From the NCBI GenBank assembly GCA_947372865.1, contig CANBVJ010000001.1:81772-145771 (forward strand): a stretch of 64,000 bases of DNA, read 5' to 3'. Shown here one piece after another: positions 40,762 through 49,009 of the stretch. The notes under the pieces were generated by a model. It was not told the DNA's origin. It ran no database searches and worked only from the letters and a program-made list of their open reading frames with translations. The stretch's first letter is position 1. Every line of letters begins with the position of its first letter. The position numbers and the translations under genes were made by a program. The stretch is from Comamonadaceae bacterium (GTDB taxonomy: Bacteria > Pseudomonadota > Gammaproteobacteria > Burkholderiales > Burkholderiaceae_C).

Positions 40762-42084
40762 TCAGAGTTCCATCAGCACGCGCAAGTCGGTGCGGCAGCT
40801 CGACTCTTCCACGCCGGCGTACATGTCTTGGCGCAGGTAGTTTTCCATGGTCTCGCGCAGCAAAATGGCCTGGTCGATTTCGGGGTTGGAGCCGGCCTGG
40901 TAGGCGCCCACCTGAATCAGATCCACGTTTTGCTGGTAGAGCGACCACAAGCGGCGAAAGCGGTTGGCCAGCTTCAAATCGGTGGGCGAGAGCAGGTTTT
41001 GCATCACGCGCGAGATCGAGCCCGTCAGGTCAATGGCGGGGTAATGCGCGGCGTCGGCCAGCTTGCGCGAGAGCATCACCTGGCCGTCGAGCGAGGCGCG
41101 GGCAATGTCCACAATCGGGTCGTTGCCGTCGTCGCCTTCGGCCAGCACGGTGTAGATGGCGGTAATCGAGCCGTGCCCATGGCGCCCCACACCGGCGCGT
41201 TCAATCAAATTGGGCAAGAGCGCAAACACCGAAGGCGGGTAGCCCTTGGACGTGGGTGGCTCGCCAATGGCCAGGCCAATCTCGCGCTGGGCGTGGGCCA
41301 CGCGGGTCAGGCTGTCCACCAGCATGAGCACGTCTTTGCCCTGGTCACGAAAATATTCGGCCACCACGTGGGTCAGGTGCGCGGCTTTGAGGCGCAGCAC
41401 GGGCGACACATTGGCCGGGGCGGCAATCACCACGGCCTTGGCCAGGCCTGCGGGCCCGAGTGTTTCTGTAATAAAGGCTTGCACCTCGCGCCCGCGTTCG
41501 CCAATCAGGCCAATGACGACGATGTCGGCTTTGGTAAAGCGCGTGAGCATGCCCAAAAGCACGCTCTTGCCCACGCCAGAGCCGGCCACCAGGCCGACGC
41601 GCTGGCCGCGCCCCAGCGTGAGCAAGCCGTTGATGGCTTTGACGCCTACGTCCAGCACTTTGTTGATGGGGCCGCGCTCCATGGGGTTCAGGGGCAGGCC
41701 CAAGAGGCCGAGTTTGGTAGTGCATGCGGGTTTGGGTTTGCCGTCCAGCGGCTCGCCTTGGGCGTCAATCACGCGGCCCAGCAGTTCTTCGCCCAGGAGC
41801 GCGTGGCCGCTTTCGCTGATCACCCGCACCGAGGCGCCCGGGCCAATGCCCACGGGCTCAGAAAACGGCATGAGGTAAATGGTTTTGTCGGCAAACCCCA
41901 CCACTTCGGCCTCAATGCGGTGGCCGGCTTGGCCGACCACTTCGCAGCAGGCGCCCACCGGCGCCATGATGCCGCGCGCCTCCAGGCGCAAGCCCACCAG
42001 CCGCACCAGCGTGCCGCTGCGCGCAGGGCGCGTGCTGCGCAGTTGCGCCACGGCTTGGTCGACTTCGGTGTCGAAGTTAAACAT
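40762..42084 (-). CDS. fliI: Flagellum-specific ATPase FliI
   Basis: Walker A GSGVGKSVLLGM and Walker B VLMLVDSLTR, similar to the F1/T3SS ATPase core. Start set to ATG 42084 (MFNFDTE), an 8-nt overlap with the fliH stop. Confidence 0.95.
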   Translation of the reverse strand: MFNFDTEVDQAVAQLRSTRPARSGTLVRLVGLRLEARGIMAPVGACCEVVGQAGHRIEAEVVGFADKTIYLMPFSEPVGIGPGASVRVISESGHALLGEELLGRVIDAQGEPLDGKPKPACTTKLGLLGLPLNPMERGPINKVLDVGVKAINGLLTLGRGQRVGLVAGSGVGKSVLLGMLTRFTKADIVVIGLIGERGREVQAFITETLGPAGLAKAVVIAAPANVSPVLRLKAAHLTHVVAEYFRDQGKDVLMLVDSLTRVAHAQREIGLAIGEPPTSKGYPPSVFALLPNLIERAGVGRHGHGSITAIYTVLAEGDDGNDPIVDIARASLDGQVMLSRKLADAAHYPAIDLTGSISRVMQNLLSPTDLKLANRFRRLWSLYQQNVDLIQVGAYQAGSNPEIDQAILLRETMENYLRQDMYAGVEESSCRTDLRVLMEL

Positions 42085-43090
42085 GGTCTTCTGCGTCACG
42101 CAGGATTTCGTCAATCGCCGCTACCGTGTCGTAGCCGGCGTCAATGGGTTCGCTGGCTGCGCTTACGGTGGAGGCGCTGGGCGCCATGCGCGGGCGGGCG
42201 TCTTCCACGCCGGTGCCGGGTAGGCGGTCGCTGGCAATGCGCTCGGGGCTGAACGCCGTGCTGGCGCGCCAACGGGGTTCGTCCACGGCCAAACCCCGCG
42301 CTAGGGCGCTCAGACGTTCACCAATCAGGTCTTCCACCAGGGCGTCGTTGGCGCTGGCGCGCACGCTGCCGGGCAGGAGTTTGTCGTTGGGCTGCAGGCG
42401 CAGGGCCGAGCCCTCGGCCAGGCCAGAGCGCTCGCGCAGCGCTTGCAGCATGGTCAGGTCGGCGGGGTTGAGTTCTACCATGACCAAAGATTCATCGTGC
42501 TGCGCGAGTTCGTCCACACAGCGTTGCACCAGGCGCTCAATAGCGCCGCCGTCCAGGGCCAGTTCGGCCAGCACCAGTTGTTCGGCCAGGTGCAGCGCCA
42601 GGCGCTTGAGTGGCTCAAAAAAGGTTTGCGGGCTTTGCTGCAGCAGGGCCAGCGCGTCGGCCAGGGCGTTGACCAAGGCATGGTCGTCGCCGAGTGCTGC
42701 GCGCAGCTTGTCTTCCATCTCGGTTTGCAGCGCGGCGCGGGCCTCAGCGGCGCCTTGGGCGCGGCCTTCTTCGCGTGCTTGGGCCAAGGCCTCGGCGGTA
42801 GCGACAGGCGTTTCCACCACGAGAGGGGGGGCGGGCGCAGCAACGGCATCATCCGTGGCGGGGGTTTCTTCCAATTCGGGGGTGACGGGCGGTGGCAGCA
42901 GGTCGACCGTAGGGATGTCAAAGTCGGTCAGGCCAAACACCGGCTCGCGCTGGGTGCGCCAGGCGCTGGCGACAAAACCGCTCTCAGGCGCAATCGGGTG
43001 GCGCAGGTCGGTGGGTTGCCAGACGCGCGCCGGGCGCACCTCGGCTTTACGGGCGTCCGCTTGCGCGGAAGCTGCCCCGTCCTTAGACAT
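42077..43090 (-). CDS. fliH: Flagellar assembly protein FliH (long form)
   Basis: 337 aa between fliG and fliI. It has an E/A-rich coiled-coil centre and a FliH-like C-terminal domain (VELNPADL...LRLQPNDKLLPGSVRA). The ATG overlaps the fliG stop. Confidence 0.8.
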   Translation of the reverse strand: MSKDGAASAQADARKAEVRPARVWQPTDLRHPIAPESGFVASAWRTQREPVFGLTDFDIPTVDLLPPPVTPELEETPATDDAVAAPAPPLVVETPVATAEALAQAREEGRAQGAAEARAALQTEMEDKLRAALGDDHALVNALADALALLQQSPQTFFEPLKRLALHLAEQLVLAELALDGGAIERLVQRCVDELAQHDESLVMVELNPADLTMLQALRERSGLAEGSALRLQPNDKLLPGSVRASANDALVEDLIGERLSALARGLAVDEPRWRASTAFSPERIASDRLPGTGVEDARPRMAPSASTVSAASEPIDAGYDTVAAIDEILRDAEDHV

Positions 43091-44138
43091 AGTCGGCGCC
43101 GCCGCCTAGCACCAGATCGCCCGCGTCGGCCAGTTTGCGCGCCGAGCGCATGATGATTTTTTGGGCGTCTTCCACGTCCGACAGGCGCATGGGGCCCATG
43201 GCCTCCATGTCGTCTTTGAACATGCCCCGTGCGCGCTCGGACATATTGCCCAGAAACTTGTCTTTGACCGCGTCGCTGGCGCCTTTGAGGGCTTTCATCA
43301 TCAAGTCGGGTTCGACATTGCGCATGATCACCTGGATGCCCTTGTTGTCCACGCCGGTCAGGTTCTCGAAGGTGAACATATTGTCCTGAATCTTCTGCAT
43401 CAGGTCTGGATCCAGGGTGCGCAGGCCACCCATCACCGAGGCTTCGAGCGCCGTTTTGGTCAGGTTCAAAATATTGGCTGCGGCCTTGATGCCGCCCAGG
43501 CTCGAAGACTTGGACGTCGAGTTGGTGGAAAACTGCTTTTTCATGATGGCTTCAAGCTCAATCATGGCTGAGGGCTGCACCGTCTCTAAGCTGGCCACGC
43601 GCTGCATGATTTCGGCGCGCGACTCGGGCGGCAAAAAGTTCAGCACCTCGGCGGCGACGCCGTTTTCCAGTACGGACAAGATGATGGCCACCACCTGGGG
43701 GTGTTCGGCCTTGATCATGTCAGCAATCGAGCGGGCGTCCATCCAGCTCAAAATCTCCAGGCCTTTGCTGCCTTGGCTGGGGTTGATGCGTCCCAGCACC
43801 GAGGCGGCTTTGTCGTCGCCCAGGGCGCGCTTGAACACTTTTTCGACATAGTCTGAGGTGCCCAAGCCCAGGTTGGTCTGGCGTTTGATCTCGGCCACAA
43901 ACTCGTCAAGCACGGCGTTGACCGCCTCTTGCGAGAGTTCGGCCACCTGCACCATGGCCACGCCCAGGCCCTGGACTTCTTTGGGGTTGAGGTAGCGGAT
44001 GATGTTGGCGGCTTGCTCTTCACCGAGCAGCAGCATGAGCACGGCGGCGCGCTGGGTGCCGGTCAGGGCGTCCATTTCCCGACGCAAGGCGTCGGTATAG
44101 CCTGCGGGGCCCGTCAGTTTGGGGTCGTTCTCTGCCAT
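43083..44138 (-). CDS. fliG: Flagellar motor switch protein FliG
   Basis: 351 aa containing AAVLMLLLGEE.AA.I..L, the EHPQ motif (EHPQVVAIILS) and the C-terminal torque helix region (RLSDVEDAQKIIM). Confidence 0.95.
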   Translation of the reverse strand: MAENDPKLTGPAGYTDALRREMDALTGTQRAAVLMLLLGEEQAANIIRYLNPKEVQGLGVAMVQVAELSQEAVNAVLDEFVAEIKRQTNLGLGTSDYVEKVFKRALGDDKAASVLGRINPSQGSKGLEILSWMDARSIADMIKAEHPQVVAIILSVLENGVAAEVLNFLPPESRAEIMQRVASLETVQPSAMIELEAIMKKQFSTNSTSKSSSLGGIKAAANILNLTKTALEASVMGGLRTLDPDLMQKIQDNMFTFENLTGVDNKGIQVIMRNVEPDLMMKALKGASDAVKDKFLGNMSERARGMFKDDMEAMGPMRLSDVEDAQKIIMRSARKLADAGDLVLGGGADYV

Positions 44139-44159
44139 TTTTCGTTCTCTTTATGCCGA

Positions 44160-46028
44160 TCAGCCGGGCTTGATCATGTTCTTCAGCACGCTGGCCACAC
44201 GGGCCGAGTCGTCGGAGACGATCATGCGGATCAGGGCGACCTTGTCGTCGTAAGTGTTTGCAGTATCGAGCATCTCGGCAGAGATGGCAGACTTGTTGGA
44301 CTTCATCTTCGCCTTCATCTCTTCGAGCGTGTCGGCAGCGGACGGCTGGGCGCTGGCGGCTTCGGCGGTAGCTGCAGCGGCAGATTCGAGCGCCATGGTC
44401 TCTTCCTGGGCCAGTTGAATGGTTTGGGCAGCGGCCTGGGCGGCTTCCTTGTCGCGGTTCATCATGTGCATGACGACGGGGCGCACCACGACCATCAGGA
44501 AGGCGACAAACATCAGACCCAGAAAGCCCGACTTGATGTTGGTCATGACCGACTCGTCCTTGTGCCAGGGAATGCTCATGTCCATGGGCACTTCAGGTTC
44601 AAACTTGGCTTGCACCACGCTGACCACGTCTTTGCGGCCTTCGTCAAAACCGACCACGCCGCGCACGAGCTCTTGCATGCGTTCCACTTCTTCGGTGGTG
44701 TAGGGGTTGGGTTTAGGGGGTTGGTCTTCACCTTTGTCGTTTTTGGGCTGGGCCAAAGGCGGGCGCTCATTGATCACGACGGCCACACTCAGGCGCTGTA
44801 CGCCACCGGTGGCGCTCTTGGTGTGGCGCACCTGGCGGTCCATCTCGTAGTTACGGGTGCTGCGAGCGGCAATGGTGGTGCGCTCGTCTGCGCCAGCAGC
44901 GCCTGGGGCGACAGCGGCGGTGGTGAGCGACGTGGTGGGAGCCGGGGGCGCGGTGTTGGACAGGGTGCCAGGAATGCCAGCGGCCTCTTTGGCGCTGTTG
45001 CGGTCTTCGCTGATCACTTCGGAGCGGGTTTTTGGGCCTTTGCCGCCGGTGTCAAAGTCTTCGACGGTGGTTTCGGTCTGGCTGTAGTCCAGGTTCAGGT
45101 TGACTTGCGAGCGCACATTGGCCTCGCCCACGATGGGCGCCAAAATCTGGATCACGCGCTGGCGGTACAGGTCTTCCATGGCCTGTTTGTGCTTGGTCTG
45201 GCCGGCGTTCATGCCCATGGAGGCGTCAGACTCGGCGTCCGTCATCAGCTTGCCAAAGTTGTCCACCACGGCCACGTTCTCAGGCGTGAGCATGGGCACG
45301 CTCGACGCCACCAAATGAACAATCGCCTGGACCTGCATGGGGCTCACGCTGCGTCCGGCCTGGGGTGTTACGACGATGGACGCCTTGGGCGGCGTGCGGT
45401 CGCGCACAAACACCGAAGGCTTGGTGGTAGCCAGATGCACGCGGGCGGTCTGGATGGAGTCAATCTGCTGGATGCTGCGTGCCAGCTCTTGCTCCATGGC
45501 CGAGTTGTAGCGCACCTGCTCCATGAACTGGCTGGTCGTCATGGCGGACTGGTCTTTGAGCGCGTCCAGACCGGTGGCTGCGGTTTTGGGCAGGCCTTTG
45601 GACGCCAGGTACATGCGCGCCTCGTGGTAACGGCTCCCGGGCACGGTGATCTGGCCGCTGCCGGCGTCAATCACGGGTTTGAACTCGCCTTGCTTGAGGG
45701 CCTCGTACACGCCTTGCTGGTCAGTCTCGGTCATGCCGCTCATGACCGGACGGTAGCTCGGCGCGTTGATCATGGTGTAGACCAATGCAAACGCCAAGAG
45801 CGCCATGGCAATCACCATCAGGGGCAACGATTTTTTGACAGCCGGCTGGTTGAGCACTTGCTTGATTGGGCCAAAGGGGCCGGAATAGTCGGGCGACGCG
45901 TCGCTAAACCCCGTGTCACCCGCACGGCCGGCCATGGCGCGCCGGTCGCCGCCCGCGCGGGTTTGCAAAGATCCGGAATCGGCATTGGCAGGGAGAAAAG
46001 TGCCAGCGGTTGCAGTTGCGGTTGCCAT
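44160..46028 (-). CDS. fliF: Flagellar MS-ring protein FliF
   Basis: 622 aa with N- and C-terminal TM helices, YscJ/FliF ring-building motifs (ARVHLA, PSVFV) and a C-terminal FliG-binding tail. Confidence 0.93.
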   Translation of the reverse strand: MATATATAGTFLPANADSGSLQTRAGGDRRAMAGRAGDTGFSDASPDYSGPFGPIKQVLNQPAVKKSLPLMVIAMALLAFALVYTMINAPSYRPVMSGMTETDQQGVYEALKQGEFKPVIDAGSGQITVPGSRYHEARMYLASKGLPKTAATGLDALKDQSAMTTSQFMEQVRYNSAMEQELARSIQQIDSIQTARVHLATTKPSVFVRDRTPPKASIVVTPQAGRSVSPMQVQAIVHLVASSVPMLTPENVAVVDNFGKLMTDAESDASMGMNAGQTKHKQAMEDLYRQRVIQILAPIVGEANVRSQVNLNLDYSQTETTVEDFDTGGKGPKTRSEVISEDRNSAKEAAGIPGTLSNTAPPAPTTSLTTAAVAPGAAGADERTTIAARSTRNYEMDRQVRHTKSATGGVQRLSVAVVINERPPLAQPKNDKGEDQPPKPNPYTTEEVERMQELVRGVVGFDEGRKDVVSVVQAKFEPEVPMDMSIPWHKDESVMTNIKSGFLGLMFVAFLMVVVRPVVMHMMNRDKEAAQAAAQTIQLAQEETMALESAAAATAEAASAQPSAADTLEEMKAKMKSNKSAISAEMLDTANTYDDKVALIRMIVSDDSARVASVLKNMIKPG

Positions 46029-46093
46029 GGAAGTAGTCTTTCAGCGCGGGGGGAATTGTTTTAGCGTGGGGGCTTGTGGTGAAGATGGCGGCG

Positions 46094-46432
46094 TTAGACC
46101 GGCATGTTCATGATGTCTTCATAGGCCTTGAGTACCTTGTTGCGCACCTGCAAGGTGGCTTCAAAGGACAGCGAGGCTTTTTGCATCTTCAGCACCACGT
46201 CGGTCAGGGGCACGGCTTCGCCCCGCTCAAAGGCCTGGGCGGTGTTTTGCGAATCCACTTGCGAGGCATTGGTCTGGCTCACCGCCTGGCGGATCAAATC
46301 CGAGAAGTCCGTCTTGGGCGTGGGCGCCGCGCCGGGCAGATCAAAGCCCTGTCCCGTAGCCTGGGTGCTGTGGGTTTGCAGCGTTTTGAGCATGGCGGCA
46401 ATGCTGCTGGCGGAGGTGGCGGATTCGATCAT
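46094..46432 (-). CDS. fliE: Flagellar hook-basal body complex protein FliE
   Basis: 112 aa with C-terminus ASLSFEATLQVRNKVLKAYEDIMNMPV, typical of FliE. Confidence 0.9.
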   Translation of the reverse strand: MIESATSASSIAAMLKTLQTHSTQATGQGFDLPGAAPTPKTDFSDLIRQAVSQTNASQVDSQNTAQAFERGEAVPLTDVVLKMQKASLSFEATLQVRNKVLKAYEDIMNMPV

Positions 46433-46467
46433 GGCGGTAGGTCCTGTTCGGTTGGGCAGGTAAATCT

Positions 46468-47937
46468 TCAGGAATGGGCAGACAGGCCAGGGGCCGTGTC
46501 GCGCAGGCGGGCAAGCTTGTAGCGCAGGGTGCGCGGGCTGATGCCCAGTTTTTGCGCCGCTTCTTCGCGGCTGCGTGATGCGTCCAGCGCCGCGCGGATG
46601 GCGTGGTGTTCGCTGTGCTTGACCGTGGCGTGCAAGGGACCGGGCGCCAGGGTCTGGACCTGTGCGATCGCTGGCGCCTGCTCGGCGGTAGTTGCTGCGT
46701 CCATGCTGGCTTCGGGCGCCATGGCCAGCAGGAAACTGGTCGAGGCGTCGTCAAACATCAGGTGCGGCGTGTCAATGTGGGTGTCGGGGCACAAGACCAT
46801 GGCGCGCTGCATGATGTTTTCCAGTTCGCGCACATTGCCCGGCCAGTTGTAGGACAGCAGCACGCGCTGGGCGTCCGCGCTCAGGTTCCAGGGCTGATTG
46901 CTGCGCACATGGCGCGCCAGCAGGCGGGCCACCAGGGGCAAGATGTCGCCCGTGCGTTCGGCCAGCGGCGGCACGCGCAGCTTGAAAGTGCTGAGGCGAA
47001 AGTACAAGTCTTCGCGAAAGGCGCGCTGGGCAATTTGCTCGCGCAGGTTTTTGTTGGTGGCAGCCACCACGCGCACGTCAAGCGCAATAGCACGTTCGCC
47101 GCCCAAGCGCACCAAGCTGCGCTCTTGCAGCACGCGCAGCAGCTTGGCTTGCAGGGCCAGGGGCAGTTCGCCAATTTCGTCCAGAAACAGCGTGCCGCCC
47201 TGGGCTTGTTCAAACAGGCCGCGGTGCTCTTTGACCGCGCCAGTGAAAGCGCCTTTTTCGTGGCCAAACAGCATGTCTTCAATCATGTGCTCGGGCAGGG
47301 CGGCGCAGTTCAGGCCAATAAAAGGGCCGTTGGCAGCAGAGGATGACTCGTGCAGCACGCGCGCCAGCACTTCTTTGCCCGAACCGGTAGGGCCTTCGAC
47401 CAGCACGGCCACGGGGGCCTGCGCCACGCGCTGGGCCAGGGCCAGCAGGTTGCGGCTGACGGGGTCTACATAGACCACGCTGCGCACGGCGGCGCCAATA
47501 TTGGGCGCCAGCGGGCGGGCGTGGGCTGCTTGTTCGGTGTTGGGTTTGGCTGCTACAGGCGTGCAGCGGTCGAGCGCCAGGCGCCAGGCGGCGGCAGACC
47601 AATCGTCTGCGGCCAGCACGTGGCAGGCGCCGCTGTGCAGGGCCAGCACGGCGAGTTCTAGTTGGCGGCGCTCAAGGCGGCAGACCAGGGGTAGCGTGCG
47701 GCCCGTGGTGTGAATCAGGGCCAGGGTGTCTTGCAAGAGTTCAATGTCAGCGCCCAAGCCCAGCACCACGGTCGCCGTTTGGCTGGATGCGGCTGCTATT
47801 GCGGCCTGCAGTTCGTCCAGCGTGCTCACAGTCAGCACGTCCATGCCTGCGGCGGCCAACAGCGCGCGGTCCGCTGCCGTCAGGGGGCGAAACGGGTCGA
47901 GCCAGAGGGCTTGCGTGGGGCTAGAAGAGGCGGACAT
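46468..47937 (-). CDS. fleQ: Sigma-54-dependent transcriptional activator, FleQ-like (flagellar regulator)
   Basis: AAA+ core with GPTGSGKEV, GAFTGA (GHEKGAFTGAV) and a C-terminal Fis-type HTH (AAQKLGISPRTLRYKLARL). The N-terminal receiver-like domain appears to lack the acceptor Asp. Start is ATG 47937 or TTG 47952. Confidence 0.88.
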   Translation of the reverse strand: MSASSSPTQALWLDPFRPLTAADRALLAAAGMDVLTVSTLDELQAAIAAASSQTATVVLGLGADIELLQDTLALIHTTGRTLPLVCRLERRQLELAVLALHSGACHVLAADDWSAAAWRLALDRCTPVAAKPNTEQAAHARPLAPNIGAAVRSVVYVDPVSRNLLALAQRVAQAPVAVLVEGPTGSGKEVLARVLHESSSAANGPFIGLNCAALPEHMIEDMLFGHEKGAFTGAVKEHRGLFEQAQGGTLFLDEIGELPLALQAKLLRVLQERSLVRLGGERAIALDVRVVAATNKNLREQIAQRAFREDLYFRLSTFKLRVPPLAERTGDILPLVARLLARHVRSNQPWNLSADAQRVLLSYNWPGNVRELENIMQRAMVLCPDTHIDTPHLMFDDASTSFLLAMAPEASMDAATTAEQAPAIAQVQTLAPGPLHATVKHSEHHAIRAALDASRSREEAAQKLGISPRTLRYKLARLRDTAPGLSAHS

Positions 47938-47978
47938 ACGGGTTTGGGGCAAGGTGGTGTCAGAGTTAAACCCCTTGC

Positions 47979-47994
47979 TGCAAGACCCGTGCCA
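47979..47994 (-). promoter_or_regulatory. Sigma-54 promoter (-24/-12) upstream of the activator gene
   Basis: The minus strand reads TGGCAC-GGGTC-TTGCA, an exact match to TGGCAC-N5-TTGCW. It lies in the 57-nt gap before the activator start. Confidence 0.65.
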
Positions 47995-48009
47995 CCAAAA
48001 ACCAGGGCT

Positions 48010-48246
48010 TTATTGACGATTTGCCGACACCTTGGCGGACGCGCCGGCCGTCTTGGGCTCAAACCCCTGGCAGGCCCGGCCATCGAGCTGCAGCACCTGC
48101 ATGCAAGGCAGCATGCGCGACTTAAAGCCCAGCAGCTTGCAGCTATAGGGCAGCGCTGGGTCCCAGCTCGTGGCGAAGTGGCGGCACTGCCAGCAGTTGA
48201 CGGCGGGCGGCGAGCCTTTGGAATAGGTGGGGATGTTGGGGGGCAT
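48010..48246 (-). CDS. Small Cys-rich protein of unknown function
   Basis: 78 aa from ATG 48246: MPPNIPTYSKGSPPAVNCWQCRHF..W...LPYSCKLLGFKS...PC......DGRACQGFEPK. It has five Cys in a CxxC...C...C...C pattern. It is preceded by a sigma-54 promoter. Confidence 0.55.
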   Translation of the reverse strand: MPPNIPTYSKGSPPAVNCWQCRHFATSWDPALPYSCKLLGFKSRMLPCMQVLQLDGRACQGFEPKTAGASAKVSANRQ

Positions 48247-48288
48247 AGGCGGCTTGGGGCGGGGCAGGGTGGTGTGCGCGGGGTGGGA

Positions 48289-48304
48289 TGCAAGTTGTGC
48301 GCCA
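48289..48304 (-). promoter_or_regulatory. Sigma-54 promoter upstream of the small Cys-rich gene
   Basis: The minus strand reads TGGCGC-ACAAC-TTGCA (GG and GC correctly spaced), 43 nt upstream of ATG 48246. Confidence 0.6.
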
Positions 48305-48343
48305 GGGCGTATCCCAATTTGCGTAAACGTGTAAAGTGGCCCA

Positions 48344-48583
48344 ATGGCACCAACCATAGCCCGCGACGGCCAATTTCGTTTGTTCTTTTTCTCCCGTGAG
48401 GAGACAAGAATCCACGTTCATATTGCCCACCCGCAGGGCGAGGCAAAGTTCTGGCTGACGCCATCAGTACACTTGGCGAAGAACGTCGGGCTGTCTGGCG
48501 TCCAGTTGCGCCAAGCGCAATCGGTGGTCGAGGCGCACCTTTTGGAGATTCAAAATGCATGGAACTACCACTTTGGCGGCTGA
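48344..48583 (+). CDS. DUF4160-domain protein
   Basis: 79 aa containing F.FFFSREE..IHVH.......AKFWL, characteristic of DUF4160. Confidence 0.8.
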   Translation: MAPTIARDGQFRLFFFSREETRIHVHIAHPQGEAKFWLTPSVHLAKNVGLSGVQLRQAQSVVEAHLLEIQNAWNYHFGG

Positions 48584-48812
48584 AGTGACCAATGTGTCCA
48601 CGCACTGCCTCTGGCTGTTGCTTGGCGACGAGGAACTGGTTCTGCCTTTTGCTGACTTTCCGTGGTTCAAGAAGGCGACCATTGAGCAGCTTTCCGACGT
48701 CCAGCACCCAACCGAAGACCATCTTTATTGGCCACAACTGGACGTTGATCTGTCGGTAGAGTCCATTCGCAGGCCACAGGCCTTTCCTCTGGTGGCGGCA
48801 ATCTCGGACTAA
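48555..48812 (+). CDS. DUF2442-domain protein
   Basis: 85 aa with the pattern V......L.L.L.D.....P...FPW...AT.EQL......E..L.WP.LD.DL, typical of DUF2442. It overlaps the DUF4160 gene by 29 nt, the usual two-gene module. Confidence 0.8.
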   Translation: MHGTTTLAAEVTNVSTHCLWLLLGDEELVLPFADFPWFKKATIEQLSDVQHPTEDHLYWPQLDVDLSVESIRRPQAFPLVAAISD

Positions 48813-49009
48813 ACCATTCCTATCTTGCGGTGATGCCGCGAGCGCAATAGGTTGCCTAGCCGTAAGTTGAAAGCCCCCTGTTGGGTGCCCATTTCAACCC
48901 GGGCCCCTAGCGTGTTCCCCTAGAACTGGCTCCGCGCCCGGCGCCCTTGGGCCCCCCCACACCGGTTAAGCTGACCCGCATCCTCTTTTGTGTCTATTGG
49001 TAATCGGAT

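Noticed and set aside
40654-42252. 532-aa plus-strand ORF, and the overlapping 40014-41165 ORF.
   Set aside because: Both are antisense to fliI and fliJ and look like GC-rich shadow frames. The same reasoning applies to 904-2022 (antisense prfA), 32982-34304 (antisense corC), 57774-58826 and 60144-61502 (antisense flgK/J and flgH/G).
43929-46064. 711-aa plus-strand ORF across the fliG/fliF region.
   Set aside because: It is antisense to fliF, whose identity is clear. It is Gly/His/Arg/Val-rich low-complexity sequence with no recognisable domains.
46433-46560. Search for a sigma-54 promoter for fliE-fliF in the 3' end of the activator gene and the 35-nt gap.
   Set aside because: The only candidates (TGGCCTGTCTGCCCA, TGGGCATCAGCCCGC) have a wrong or degenerate -12 element. 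The fliE promoter therefore remains unidentified, and read-through from the activator gene is possible.
47880-48737. 285-aa minus-strand ORF spanning the activator promoter, the small Cys gene and the DUF4160/DUF2442 genes.
   Set aside because: It is Pro/Arg-rich low-complexity sequence in a different frame from the small Cys-rich ORF. It runs through two sigma-54 promoters and is antisense to two recognisable domain genes.
48813-49009. 197-nt gene-free stretch upstream of fliB, scanned for sigma-28 and sigma-54 promoters, tRNA remnants or an sRNA. It includes a GTTGAAA-N19-TTTCAAC inverted repeat. The 48920-49159 minus-strand ORF also falls here.
   Set aside because: There is no promoter match with correct spacing and no tRNA-like arms. 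The ORF overlaps the fliB start and is Arg-rich shadow sequence. It is left unannotated apart from the insertion hypothesis.
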